From the NCBI RefSeq assembly GCF_009914755.1, contig NC_060929.1: 64,000 nucleotides of DNA; one strand, 5' to 3'. This DNA comes from the human T2T-CHM13v2.0 reference genome, Homo sapiens. A program made the position numbers and the translations under genes. Position 1 is the first letter of the stretch; every line of letters begins with the position of its first letter. This document shows positions 27,824 to 40,536 of this stretch, in pieces. The notes below the pieces were generated by a model. That model did not search any database. It was not told where the DNA came from and saw nothing but the letters and a program-made list of their open reading frames with translations.

Positions 27824-28005
27824 CAGAGTCTCAGCCATACCTGTACATCAGAGTCATCTGAGCAGCTTTATAACCATGCCCATGCCTAGGCCCCAGTCCA
27901 GATCAATTGAGTCAATCAGTCACTGGAGCTGGAGCCTCAGGGATCAGCTTATCAAAAGCTCCCACATGATTCTAACATGCATCCATATAGGGTGGAGAAT
28001 CACTG
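27824..28005. mobile_element. MER5B-like hAT MITE
   Basis: CTGTACATCAGAGTCATCTG...GATTCTAACATGCA...GAGAATCACTG. Confidence 0.7.
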
Positions 28006-28286
28006 GACTACCATTAAATATTAACATGTAAGTCGTTGATTAATATCATCTATTAAATTACCTAGCTGGCTTTGAATTCACTTTTGTGCCTCATATAAGG
28101 GTTAACTAGCCCCTTCAAACACTTACCTGCAAGTTTTTAAAAACACAGCTTTGAGACAGCTTTTTAGCTATGTTGGCTTTTTTCATGCAACTATTACATA
28201 GTTCTATTTGTGGATTTATTAATTTTCTTGCTTTTACAATGTGTAGTGTTCTGATTTGGCTTATAATTTACTGTATTTGCTATATC

Positions 28287-28481
28287 AAGTGTCTCTCCAA
28301 GTGTGGTCTGTGGACCATCTGCATCAGAACCACCTAATGTGATTCTTTAAGAAAAATGAAAGTTCTCAGACTCACCCATGGCCTACTAGATCTGATTTTC
28401 TGGAGGTGGTGCCAGGGAGTCCATGTTTTTAACACGCACCTGCTGCAATTTGTAAGCATGTTAAAGCATAAAGACGACTTG
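28287..28481. mobile_element. MER5A-like hAT MITE
   Basis: CCAAGTGTGGTCTGTGGACCATCTGCATCAGAACCACCT...TTTTAACA. Confidence 0.7.
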
Positions 28482-29722
28482 CTGTATTTAGACTGATTTG
28501 CATGACATTTGCCATAGCACACACTAGACATGCATTAGAGTTTAGTGAACAATATCTGATCATTGCCTTTGTAAAACATACAAAATACTGACTGTTGCAT
28601 TTGCAGATAGACCTTACTTTCCTTTTTTACACAGCTTATTTTTACACTTTTATTTAATGGGTAAGAGAAAAACTCTACTTGAGGATAGCTGCTGAGTTTG
28701 TGGTTTTGTTTGGTTTTCGGGTACCTCTTTCTTTTTCATCATCTCTGCTGAATCTATAGTCCTTGAGGTCAGGATCAACGGGCTGTTCTCTGCTGAGCTT
28801 CTTAGTAAACAGGCTTAACCTAGACGACATTTTCCCTGCTGCATACACCAATTATCTAGGTGTTGGGTGCATAGATAATGTGGCCCTGAAGTCTAGATAT
28901 AAAAACGGAGGTCTCAATTTGATGTTCCACTCTCTACTGATGTACTCACAGCTTAGCCCTGGTCCCTGGATTCTTTGGTGCTTATTTTTCTTAGAAAAAG
29001 CAGCTGGTACCTGGTTAATAAAGCCCAGTCATCTTTAATAGAACAATGGATAAAAAAACTTTTGAATATCTGATATCAAAGCCTCATTTAATATACAAAG
29101 CAACCTCTTATTACATTAGTACTTGAGTGACTTGTTTTGGCAAATCTAGAAATCTATTTTGCTGCTTTCTAACAAATAGATTTTGCTACAAAAGCATTCA
29201 GGAAATAAATGGGAATTCATCTGTGACTGACTGAAATGATGGCAAGGCTTAACTTTCATAAACCATGTTCCTTGCAAGCAGGAAAGTTTTCCTCCTTGAG
29301 CTTTATGACTTTTTTCTAAAATAGGGAGGGTTCGTAACGATGTCAAAGGCTGCCTTTCTCTAGAAGACATCTAGCCATCTCCAAGTACTCCATGAGGTCA
29401 TATTTTCCTGTACCTAGTGATTCCTAGGATGATTTTGAGTCATTTTTATATTCTTGAACAAAAAAAATGATAATTTTTGAGAGGATTCTCACTTCTCCTT
29501 ATGTGAAGCAATGAGGCTACATCTTTAACATTGTGATCCATGTATGCTTCCAAACACATTGCTGCTGGCCAGTACATTCCCCAATTCAGAGGCCCCTTGG
29601 TTTCAGCTCATGTGCACTCAAGACAAATAGAATCTGGTTTAGGACAAAATGAGCTCATTCTCCTGGACAGAGGGAAAACCCGGCTGGCCAATTCTGGTCC
29701 TAATCTCACCCTTATAAGTTTC

Positions 29723-29868
29723 TGGTTCTTCAGCACAACCATGAAAGCTTGATCTACTGTAGAGTTCAAGTGTCAACTCTGCAATATTATAAATATAATG
29801 ATGAGTAATGATAATTTCATAAAGTCATCCTTGCTAGAAAAAGCTGACCATCATCTGTCATATAAACA
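29723..29868. repeat. Source copy (A) of a local inverted duplication
   Basis: Ungapped match to the reverse complement of 33135-33280 (124/146 by my count). Confidence 0.9.
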
Positions 29869-30305
29869 ACAGCAAACATTTTATGGTGCTATATATCAGG
29901 CATTTTGAAAGTGTATCATTGCATTATTTCATTTTATCTCGACAGCAAGTCCTAGAGGTAGTGCTCTGTATTGTCCCATTTTACAGAAGAAGAAATTGAG
30001 GCACACAGGGTATGCCACAGGTAGTCACAGTCAGAAGAGCAGTTTTACCAAGTCTGTCTGACTCCAGAGCCTATCCTCTTACCACTTAGGTTAGGCTGCT
30101 TTTATAATAATAAAATAATAACATCGTAACAACTAACACTTATTGAGTACCGGTTATGTGCCAAACAACTTGGACATACTTTACATGTAACAGTTCAACT
30201 CATCAGATGACTATTATTGTCACCACTTTGCAGATGAGGAAACTGAGGCTGAGAGAGGTTAAGTACCTTGCCCAAAGTCTCCCAACTAGGGGTGGCAGAA
30301 CCAAG
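29868..30305 (-). mobile_element. Two tandem MIRs
   Basis: CCCATTTTACAGAAGAAGAAATTGAGGC and CAGATGAGGAAACTGAGGCTGAGAGAGGTTAAGT. Confidence 0.85.
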
Positions 30306-31239
30306 TCATAGGGTGGGCCTCTTTAATCTTTCAGTGTCCCATCTCCCAGGCTTTGGTGCTGACTTATGGCTGGAGAATGGCTGTCAAGAATAACAGAGTT
30401 GCAGAGACTCTGTGGCAGTGGCACAGAGCAAAGCCAGAGGGCCAGTGATGTCCAGACATCTCTCCTGAGCACATAGGAGCAGGGCTGTGACCTGGGTGAG
30501 CTCAGTGGACATGGGAGAGGAGCAAGGCTGATTGCCCCAAAGCTACAGGGAAGGGATCTGAGGAATCAGCAAAGGGCCAAATGTAGGGTCAACACAACAA
30601 AGATTGTGTAGACAATGGACAGACCCAAAGAGGCTGGGCAGAGAAGAACAACTGGATCCAACTCCAAAGAACTTCAATCAGGGCAAAAAGACAGAATGGA
30701 CAGGCATGGGAAGACAGCCATAGGTGAGACTCTAGGGCCTGAGAGAATAGAAGCAGAATTCCCGTGTGATTTGGAGACAAGCTGGTCAGAAACCCAGTGA
30801 GATGAGGGGGAGGGAGGAACCCTAGCCACTGACCTCATCAGACTCCTGATTAACTGGGTTAACTGATCCCCAACTAAATAAAAATCACAATCATGCTGAA
30901 CTTTATTTTTAATTATTGCCCCATAGAGACAGATGAAGAAGTCTATGGTCCTCCACCACAGAGCTTGCTAACATTCCCATTTGCCATTTACCCAATTTAC
31001 TCTGTACCAGCCATCCACTGAATTCACTGAAGGTTTTTGTTGGAGAGCGTCTTGACTCTGGTTATCGTCTTCAATAAAACATGTCTCACTTTGTTCTCTA
31101 TCAGTCTATCTCCCTGGACACCCACATAATCATCCTTTTGTAAACAAAGCAGGCTTTGAAGCCTCTAGGAGTCCTGCTAGGCTGAGAGAGATGAGAATGA
31201 GCTGCAGGCTTCCTGGTGTGAACTGGAGCCTGGAAATAT

Positions 31240-31540
31240 TTTATAACCTGTATTGTTTTTCCTGATTATGAAAGTAGCAAGTGTTCATTGTAGAAAATAC
31301 ACCAAAGCCTCAAGAAAAAATGCTATTACCCAACAGAGATAAGAAACATAACATCTGGTTTAGAGCATTTTGGCATAGATAGATAGGTTGATTGATTGAT
31401 TTTAAATTTATGGCATTAAATTATGTGCAGTTTTATTTCCTGTTTTTTTACTTGACATAGATCAAAAGTGTTTTTCCCATGTCAAATCAATATTCACTGT
31501 AAGATTTTTCATGACTACATATTCACCAATCCTATTGAAT
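31240..31540 (-). mobile_element. Old L1ME-like fragment
   Basis: TTCCTGATTATGAAAGTAGCAAGTGTTCATTGTAGAAAA...TTTTACTTGACATA. Confidence 0.55.
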
Positions 31541-31934
31541 ATGTTAGACTTGCATTTCAGGGTTTCATATTTGCCTTTATATCAGGCTGCTGCGTTTGTT
31601 CTGCAGCTACATACTCAAACCCTGCCTTCTCCATGGCCTCTCTGTGCTTTCTGAAATTTAACTCACAGGTGCCAGAAGACCCTGTTAAATAAGCACTGGA
31701 AAATAGTTATTCTGGGTTTTGTCTTGAGTTCTGCCAATTCCCTAAGCAGCTACAGCCAGTTCCCTCCTCTCTGTGTGTCATCTCCCGCATCTGTCAGGTT
31801 ACACAGTCATGTCTAATTTAAAGCCAAGCAATTTGGTAAAGGAGAAGACTCTCCCTGGCCAGCCTCATCACTGAACTGCAGAGGCTGGCTGGGAGCCCAG
31901 AAGAGCTGGTGTTTCTTGCAGAAAAACCATCATG

Positions 31935-32140
31935 ATTACCTGTGCCAGGCATGGAGCTAAGCATAATATACATCTTTTTTTTTTTTTTCAATCCTCCCAA
32001 CATCCCAGTGAGGTAAGAACTATTATTATTCACATGTGGTGGAACAAGAAACTGAGGCTTGGGGAGATTAAATAACTTCACAGAGGCCTAGAAAAGTAAC
32101 AGGATGGCTGAGCCAAACCCAGCCTGAGCTCATAGCCACT
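31935..32140 (-). mobile_element. MIR with internal poly-T expansion
   Basis: TGTGCCAGGCA...GAAACTGAGGCTTGGGGAGATTAAATAACTT. Confidence 0.8.
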
Positions 32141-33134
32141 ACTGATGAGTCCTGGAGATCACTGTCACTTTTTCTAGGGTGAAGTGCTTTTCCCAAAAGA
32201 CTCAGAGCTCCATGGCCCTGTCTTGTGAGGGACCATTTGACCAGATGCTTTTCAAAGATGACACATCTGCACATTTCAGAACCCAGTGGAAGTCTGTTCA
32301 TGAAGCAAGTTTTTTTAATGTTCAAATCAAGTAGGAAGGACTGAAAACAGGTGTGTGATGCATGAAAGAAAAATGGCTCTTCAGACAAAACTCTGGAAAA
32401 TTGAGACAACTCTAAGATCTGATTTTAAAAAGAATCCCAGAGCCTGACATTTCCAATGGCTCTGGTCTTCATTCTCTTTCCTGAGTGTTTGAATCATAAA
32501 AGCGTGTAGCTCTTTCATCTCTCCCTCGTCCTGCTCCTCCCCTGCACAGACAAATGGTATTTTGAGTTTTGTTCCCACCCCAGAGTACAGATCTATTTTT
32601 GTGAATCCAGGCTCCTTCTTCCAAAGCCCCTCACTGTCCCATTCTCCACTGTGTCAGTCCCTCTTTCCTGCCCCCACACACCCGAGGGCCCGTGACGAGC
32701 CCTCAGAATAGAGAGAACCTCATCCTTCCCCTCCTCCCAGCCTCCCACAATGACTCACACATTGCACAGGGCAAGCAAGGCAGGAGAGGCCTCGTCACAA
32801 AACAAGCCAGTTGTCATGCTTTGTTCTGAGTCTACACAGCCACCACCACCGTTGAAGCTAAGCCTTTGCCAGACCTGGTACTATCTCTGCTCAGCATCCA
32901 AACGATACCCACAGTGCTCTGTAAGAGGAAGAAAATGAGGAAGAGATGGTGGGCAGCTTTGGTCTGCCAGGACTAAAGACGTACCATCCAATTCAGCAGC
33001 CACTAGCCCCACGTGTTTATTGGGCACCTGAAATGTGGTCAGTCCAAACTGAGATGTGCTGTGTTGTAAAATGCACAGCACATTTCAAAGGTTTTTATAT
33101 GGGGAACAATGTGAAATGGCTCAGTCACAATGTA

Positions 33135-33312
33135 TGTATGTATTACAGATGACGGACAGCTTTTTCTAGCAAGGATGACTTCATGAAATTATTATGACTT
33201 GTCATTGCCTTTATAATATTCCAGAGTTGACATTTGAATTCTAAAGTAAATCATGCTTTCATGTTTATGCTGAAGAATCATAACTGTGTGAGAGTGGGAT
33301 TCGAAATGGAAT
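33135..33312. repeat. Derived inverted copy (B) of ~29691-29868
   Basis: Contains the reverse complement of AAGTCATCCTTGCTAGAAAAAGCTG (25/25) within a ~85% identical block. Confidence 0.9.
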
Positions 33313-33599
33313 ATGTATTTATTTATTTATTTAAGTTCCAGGATACATGTGCAGAATGTGCAGATTTGTTACGTAGGTTTACATGTGCCATGGTGGTTTG
33401 CTGCACCTATTGACTTGTCCTGTAGGTTCCCTCCCCTCACCCCCTCACCCCCCAGCAGGCCCCAGTGTGTGATGTTCCCCTCCCTGTGTCCATGTGTCCT
33501 CATTGTATAACTCCCATTTATGAGTGAGAACATGTGGTGTTTGGTTTTCTGTTCCTGTGTTAGTTTGCTGAGGATGATGTCTTCTAGCTACATCCATGT
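33313..33599 (-). mobile_element. L1PA8 3' end (~290 bp)
   Basis: TTAAGTTCCAGGATACATGTGCAG...GGTTCCCTCCCCTCACCCCC (short L1PA8-type 3'UTR); TGGAAT on both flanks. Confidence 0.88.
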
Positions 33600-34409
33600 A
33601 GACCTGGAATTTTTAAATTGAGTATGTGCTGAAATGATAATGTGTTGAGCATATTGGGTTAAATAAAATATGTTATTAAAATCAAGTTCACCTCTTTCTT
33701 TTTACTTTTATAATCTGGCTACTAGAAAATTTTAAGTTGCATATGTGGCTCACAGTACATCTTTATTATGTTTCTATCATGCTGCACTGAAGTTAGCATT
33801 TCTGCTGGCCAAGTAGGTGAGATAGGATGCAAGCTTGCTGCCCCTACTTCTGCAGCTGTAAAAGCAATCAGACCTCCTCTGAACCCAGCTCCTAGCTCAG
33901 CAGGTCAGTCCATAGGTACATCTGGATGTGTTTGAAAGGATCCCATCCTAGTATATAGCCATTCCAGGGCATTGGCCTTTTTCAGGCTTCTTAAAAATCC
34001 AGTCCCTCCCTACACTATTTCTACTTTCAGAAACTCATTATCCTTCCTGAAAGACAAATCACTTTCATCTGTTCCACACTAGCCCTGGGTCCTTAATTGC
34101 ATTCTCTATCCCTTCTTCTTCCCAAATCAAAAATTCTCTTAGGGAAAGATATGCAGGGGTAAAGAGTCTTGTGTGGGGTACCCAAGCTGTCATATAACGT
34201 TCCTCAAAGAGGAACACCACACAAGCATCCTTTGGCCAAGTCCCATTGTCTTCTGGTAAACAGGAAGAGAGAGAGGAAAATATGGCTGCGTGTTTTTCTC
34301 TATGGCCATATTTCGCAGATCTTCAAAGAAGCCTGCCTCCAGGGCACACTGCTTCAAGGGCTTCAGCAGCAGCTTGAGAAATCTAATGATCACTGACGCA
34401 GTGTACCAT

Positions 34410-34575
34410 GACGCAGTGTGCTCAGGCACTGGCAACATCAGCATTCTCAGAGATGCAAATTCATGGGCACCTCCGCAGATTTTCTGAATTACAATCTTTA
34501 AGAATGATCCCCAAGAACCTATGTCTAACAAGATCCCGAGGTGACTCATGCACATTCAAGTTTCAGCCACGCTGC
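34410..34575. mobile_element. MER5A-like MITE
   Basis: AGATGCAAATTC...AACAAGATCCCGAGGTGACTCATGCACATTCAAGTTT. Confidence 0.7.
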
Positions 34576-34589
34576 TAGAATTGACATCT

Positions 34590-35320
34590 ACTGTTTTCGC
34601 CTGCTCAGCCTCCATAGCCACTACTCTTCTTCCAACAATGCTCCCTGATTTGTCTCAGGAACCCAGCCCTCCTCCCAGTCTCAGGGTGTTAGGGCTGGGG
34701 TGGGAGTACTAACATGTTCCCTTAATTCCACCATGGACGTGAGACCCAGCCGTGGCCAAGCAGAGCATGACATCACTGCAGCCATACTGATTGATTCATG
34801 ATTTGTGTCTTGTGACACAAATCAGGCCAATCACAGCAAATAAGACATAATTCCAGGGCTTTGGTCAGTACAGTTGGAAGAAGCAGGCATGATCTTTTAT
34901 ACCGAGGTTGCTGAGAAAATGGGATATAAGCCTGAAACTGCTGTCAGCTGCCTTGTCACCATGAGGGAAGAGCCCACTTGAGAATGAACCCTATAGAAGG
35001 CATTTCTAAGAGATGGCAGGAGAGAGACATTAGAGAGAGGACAGAAATCTGGATGCAGCCTAAGCCCAGCTCTTCTCAGGGCTGGAATGTGCCATTCACC
35101 TCAAAGTCATTCTGGTTTGTTTATTTACTAAAAAGTTTTCTGGCAGATGGCCAGATAGTGCCTTCATGATGACACATTTAAATTTTCACAAAGGTGCCAT
35201 TTGGGCTGCTGGTAGTCCAGGCTCAACTCTCCAAACTTTTCACTTCCTGTGTGAATAAATTCTCTTTTTGGCTTAAGCCAGTTTGAGTTACCCATCACTT
35301 AAAACTAAGAGAGACTTGAT
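34590..35320 (+). mobile_element. MLT1K-like MaLR LTR with nested MER91-like MITE (~35078-35222)
   Basis: GGCCAATCA, CACCATGAGGGAAGAGCC, AATAAATTCTCTTTTTGGCTTAAGCCAGTTTGAGTT; insert has CACAAAGGTGCCATTTGGGCT. Confidence 0.7.
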
Positions 35321-35489
35321 CCTTCTATATGTACTACACAAGCGTCTTGGGGATGGGGAGATAGGAAGATATATGATACTCAAGGAGCGGGTTGACTAGC
35401 CATCTCCTAAGGCACTGAACAAGACTAACATTTTCTGAGTTGGGCAAACTAAGGCTACCTCAGAGCTCCCCTAGAACCTAGGATTATCT

Positions 35490-35815
35490 GTATTTGTTTG
35501 GTTCTTCTAAGCACACCCTGAGACGAGAATTGGGTGCAATCCATTTATTTGGGAGATGATCTTAAAAAGCACCATGAAGGAGTGGAGAAGTGGGACAAGG
35601 ATGGGAGGAAGGTCAACAAAAGAAGCAATACTGCAGGGGCGTGGCTGTGACAACGGAACTCTCTAGTGCTGGGCCTTTGAGAGACGGCAGAGCACACCTT
35701 GGGCTTGCTCAGCATGGGGGCAGGGACATGTTTATGCAGACGCTGCTGAAAACTGCTGCAGAAGACCCCTGGGTGAGTGAAGGGGATATGTGCAAGGCAC
35801 CAACAGCATCTACTA
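35490..35815 (-). mobile_element. ERVL LTR33-like
   Basis: CCCTGAGACGAGAATTGGGTGCAA...TTTATTTGGGAGATGATC. Confidence 0.65.
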
Positions 35816-36379
35816 TGACTTCCCTGTAAAGTCTTGTATGGATAAAGACACATTTGGAAGTCACTGGTCTGGATGATGTTTAAGGTCTCCTCCAGCCCTG
35901 TCTGATGTCCAGTACCTCACAGGCTCCCTCCTGGATATGCCTCTGCAGAAAAGGCACACGCAGCAGGTGCTGCTGCAGAGGAGAGCATCATCATCTGAGC
36001 CAGGCAGGCAGCCCCTTCACACTCCTGTCCTTCGATGGAGAAGATCTCTGATGCAGGCAGATCAGAGCTCTGACCTGAGCTCTAAATGCCCTTAGAAACT
36101 GCAGGGTGAATCGGCAGCTAGCTTGTTCATAACCCTTTGCGTGATTGTTCATCCTAGTGCCCAGTCCTCAAAATACAGCCTTGAATAACATCAATGGGCT
36201 AATTGTGCAGCTTCAGGGTCTCACTTTATAAACAATATGAATCCCAGGGTCTCATGTGTTACTGAGTTGGCTCCCCAGGAGTCTCTCACCAGAGTTGGGA
36301 TGTTTTGGAAGGAGGTGCTTCATAGTCAGTCCTCTGTGTGTGTGTGTGTCCCTCGTCTTAGAGCTTTGAACGAATAAGA

Positions 36380-37005
36380 GACTCTCAGCCTCAGTTTCTG
36401 TACCTGAAAACATGTAACTGTAGCTGACACTTGGGACTGTCGTGAAGATTAAAGATAATATATGGAACACTTTTGGAACATAGAAGACACTCAGGGATGA
36501 GCAATGGCTGAACAATTGCAGGGTCTGGGCTCTGTAACTTGGATAAAAAGGAGACAGGATATTTGCTCAACTCCAGAGACTAACTAAATGGAACCTGAGA
36601 ATCTAGATTCTCTCTGTGAAGGGGGGCATTTTTTGAGAACTTAATTAATCACAAGGAGATTACAGAAAGAGACATCTCCTACATTGGCCAAAGCTATTTT
36701 CTACCTCCTGCATCCACTTGTTATTACCTGCCTGCATGGTATATGTCCTCATGATGTCATATTCCTTGATTAAAACTTGTGTTTATCACACTTGAGACAA
36801 CTAGTAGGAGACGATATTAGTAACTTGACCCTTCAGGGAGGCCCTGCAGGGCAGAAGGAAGAAACTTTGGAGTCACACTGCTGGATCTGCTCTTTTTCAC
36901 ACTGTGTGGCCTGGAGCAAGTCATTTCACATTCCTGGCTTGATTAAAACTATAAAATGACCAGCTTGAACCAGATGATCTCCAGGGCCCCTTGCAGCTCT
37001 AACAG
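36380..37005 (+). mobile_element. MIR fragments (36380-36510; 36865-37005)
   Basis: GCCTCAGTTTCTGTACCTGAAAA...GTGAAGATTAAA; TGAACCAGATGATCTCCAGGGCCCCTTGCAGCTCTAA. Confidence 0.65.
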
Positions 37006-38139
37006 GATGCTAAGTGCAGACCTCTAAGGAGGGGCCGGTCTGCATTCCCAATGCTGCAGCCACAAGAAACTCTCACTGTGATCCAGAGTGCACAGGCTCT
37101 GGGAGGCACACATCTGGGACCAGCCATACCCTGTTCCCTTCCAGGCCTGTTTTCCACTTAGTTCATAGTGGAGCTGCCAGCCAGAAAAGTACTTAGTGCA
37201 GAGTGGGACAAATGACACCAAGGCCTCTCTTTTGGGCTTTCTGCACATAAATATTGTGCCCTGACTTGATTTCTACTGCCTTCTGCCCTCCCCTTTCTCC
37301 CTGGACCCAGCCACAGTCCGGCACTTGTCGCTGAAAGCCTTAGAAGAGATAGTCCCTCCCAGAGACACAAGGCATCCCTCCCTGTGCTGAGGGCCACCCT
37401 GCATCCCCCAGGACCAGGCCACTTTACAGGACATGGAGACCTCCCTATAAGGTTCATGGGGACCTTCGAGCAGCACTCCTCCTCTCTCCCCACAGAGGGA
37501 GGGGTACATATGGCTTCTGTGTAAAGGACATCTGCCATGCAGCCAGCCCTAAATAGCAAGGCTGCAGCAACTCACGCTTTCATACAGCTTCCCCTGAGAG
37601 CCCAGATGGTACAGGATTGGGCCCTGGTGACAGGCTGAGGCTTGCTTTCCACAGCTAAGGAGACAGGCTAGCTGAAGGTTGAGAAAAATCTTTCAAGGCT
37701 CTTGCCTCCTGTCTGGGCCTCTGGAGCAGAGCTGGGAGTCACTGGTCATTATGGCTTGGATTTAGGGCTTCCTATCTAGACTCCATCCTTTGTAAAAACA
37801 AATTCTGAATAATGCTCCAGCTGAATGCAGAACCTAAAGCAAGGGTGCAACAGGGATGTCAGATTGAAAAGATCAAGAGGGAGTTGGATATGGTGTCTCC
37901 AGATTCTTTTCTAGCCCCACTAAGATTGAGAGCTGTTGGACTCTTTGGGCTGAGCAATTGTCTTTGAAACTGCCTGCTAGGGCTGTGAGGTTTCGCTCCT
38001 CCTTTGTTGGGTTGTTACACTATCTTTATGGCTTCTTATGGAGTCCTCTGTGAGCATCTTGGAGTTTTCCATTTATTTATTTGTTTGCCATTTTCCTCCT
38101 CTTTTCCCTCTACGATGGCCACTGAACATAGAAAACGAT

Positions 38140-38657
38140 GGTCTATTTACTCGAAAGAATGGAAAGCAGGATCTCGGAGAGACATTTGCACATCCATGTT
38201 TACAGCAGCATTAGTCATAATAGCTAGAAGGTGGGAGCTGCCCAAGTGTCCATCAGCAAATGAGTGGATAACCAAATGTGGCATATACAGACATACAATA
38301 TATTACTCAGCCCTTAAAAGGAAGAGAATTCTGACATGTGCTACAACAAGGATGAAACTTGAAGGCATTATGCTAAGTGAAATCAGCCAGTCACACAAAG
38401 ACAAATACTGAACCATTCCACTTCTGTGAAGTATGTGTCAAATTCATAGAAACAGAAAGTAGAATGGTGGTCACCACGGACTGGCGAATGGAGAACTGTT
38501 ATTTAATAGGTACAGAGTTCACGTTTTTGCAAGATGAAAAAGTTCTGCAGATCATTTAGACAGCAATGTGAATGTACTTAACACTTCTGAACTTAAGAAT
38601 GGTTACGATGGTAAATTTTGTTCTGTGTATTTTACCGCAATTAAAAATTAAAATAAG
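38140..38657 (+). mobile_element. L1MB 3' end
   Basis: GAAAGCAGGATCTCGGAGAGACATTTGCACA...GCTAAGTGAAATCAGCCAGTCACACAAAGACAAATACTG; accounts for the 135 aa ORF. Confidence 0.88.
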
Positions 38658-39209
38658 AAACCAGGGTGGCAGGAGATGAGCTACATGAGAAAGCACGGCA
38701 AGGCCACGGTGCAGCAGAGGTACTCGACACTCCAGTGTGTCTCTGGCTGAGCCCTTGCAGAGACGGCAGATGCCTCAGCTCCATAGCCTGTGGCCGCATT
38801 CAATGACCAGCAGAAGAATTCGGCCTGTTCACCCCTTAGCTTCCTTCTGGGTCACTGAAGACTCCTCTGCATAAGACACCTGAACCCACACCCAAAGGAA
38901 CCATTGTCAGCACTCAGATAGGAATGCTCAGTGGTGTGTTACGTACTGAATGAAAGGGATTGGAAACAGCCCTGGCTTCCACTCTGACTAGGCCATACCC
39001 ACAAGGAATGCCACCACCAAGGAAGCAGTGGATAGAAGCTCATCCTGACATTCAAGGTCATGATCATTGGAAAATGGTTTCTTTTTCTTTTTTTCCTTTT
39101 CTTTTTTATTTTTTTCATTTTTAAATTCCCTCCCTCCCTCCCCTCCAAGAAATAGCACAGCAGTAGCATTGTTCAAAAGGGTTGCTGAAGGTACAAGCCC
39201 TTAAGGAAG

Positions 39210-39415
39210 TCCACTGACTCTGAACTTTGGCTCTGTCTTTTATTAATTGTTTTGTTATGAATAAATTATTTAACCTTTCTATCATTCGTCTTTGAAACAG
39301 AAATAATGATAGAGGTGCTTGTTTAGGTTTTGGGAGAATTAAATGAGATTCTGTTTAGAAGCTCTTATCCCAGAGCCTGCACAGAGTACTTGATAAATAG
39401 GGACTGTTACTATTT
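39210..39415 (+). mobile_element. MIR
   Basis: GAGAATTAAATGAGAT...CAGAGCCTGCACAGAGTACTTGATAAAT. Confidence 0.65.
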
Positions 39416-39486
39416 CCTCCACCTAGCCAAATCCTACTCATGTTCTAAGAACCAGCTCAAGCCCCTTCTGCCTCATAGTCTCTAAG

Positions 39487-39525
39487 AGCCCACCACGAAT
39501 CAGCAGCCCACCATGAATCAACAGC
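39487..39525. repeat. 18-bp tandem duplication
   Basis: AGCCCACCACGAATCAGC followed by AGCCCACCATGAATCAAC. Confidence 0.85.
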
Positions 39526-40357
39526 TTAGTACGAACTCTCCCATCACACAAGCCATTTGCATGCTTCAGCCCTGTGGCAACTCATCAGGGATCAGGCCTC
39601 ATCAGACCCCTCCACACTGCAAAGGAGAAAGGTTAAGAGCTGTCACTCTTACAACTCCCAACTGTATAAGAATCACAAATGATGGCTCATGGGTTGCACT
39701 TAGTAACTGACAACCTAAGAACTCAAAACATGGCCTTGTTCATTCTTGCAGTTGGGACTAACCTTATTTGTATTCTGTGATTTGAAAGGTGCCAGAAAAG
39801 ACTGCCACTCCACATCTCTGCACACTGTTGCAGCGGGCCTTCAGCGCCAGTCACTTGGTTTCATCTATCTCCCTGCTGCCTCTTCTTTTAAGTGTAAAAC
39901 TTTCCTCCAAGGGATCTCGCACTCACCTGACCTAAGTGAGTTTTTTGATTTTCTGAGATCATCTTTTAAATTGTGAATTTACTATAAATTTACAGTTTGG
40001 GGCAAGGATTCAGAAAGCAAGGGATTCCAGAGAAAGCTGACCTACTTTACAATGAATCCATCTGTGCACTCTGCCTATTTGAACACTCATTTGGTGAACA
40101 TTTCTTGAACATCCACCATGTGCCAGGCACTGTTTGCCCCAGCGGGGATGGCTCAGCTTGACAACCCTCTTCAAGCCTTTGAAAAGAAGATTATTCAGAA
40201 TTTCCAATGCCCCTTTGGTATCTGGTGTATTGAGTATCTCTGCCTGGTGATATGGGGAATATAAAGCAATTCAGTTGAGCAACTTTAGTTCAAAGGCTGT
40301 GATTTATTATCCCTTATTCTGAGAACCTCATATGTTGCCTGGCATATGATAGCTTGG

Positions 40358-40525
40358 TAGGATGGATGAGCAGATAGATGGATGCATAGAGGGAGGCATG
40401 AATGGGTGCATGGATGCATGGATGGATGGATGAAAGCATGGATGCATGGATGAATGCATGGATGGATGGATGGATGGATGGATGGATGGATAGATGGATG
40501 GATGGAAGGATGAATGGATGGATGT
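40358..40525. repeat. (TGGA)n imperfect tetranucleotide repeat
   Basis: GGAT/GCAT units over ~165 bp. Confidence 0.95.
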
Positions 40526-40536
40526 TGTGGATAACA

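Larger units (their letters stand above)
32978..33790 (-). mobile_element. MER33 (hAT-Charlie) split into 32978-33130 and 33610-33790
   Basis: AGCCACTAGCC...TGAGATGTGCTG...; resumes TGAAATGATAAT...GGGTTAAATAAAATAT...GGCTACTAGAAAATTT. Confidence 0.85.

Noticed and set aside
33135-33312. Classical L1 3' transduction as the explanation for the insert beside L1PA8
   Set aside because: The source is local (29.7 kb), there is no second poly-A tail, and the TGGAAT duplication flanks only the L1.
40358-40525. Regular repeat as a CRISPR-like array or HPSI-repeat protein
   Set aside because: Simple (TGGA)n microsatellite without spacers in a mammalian genome.
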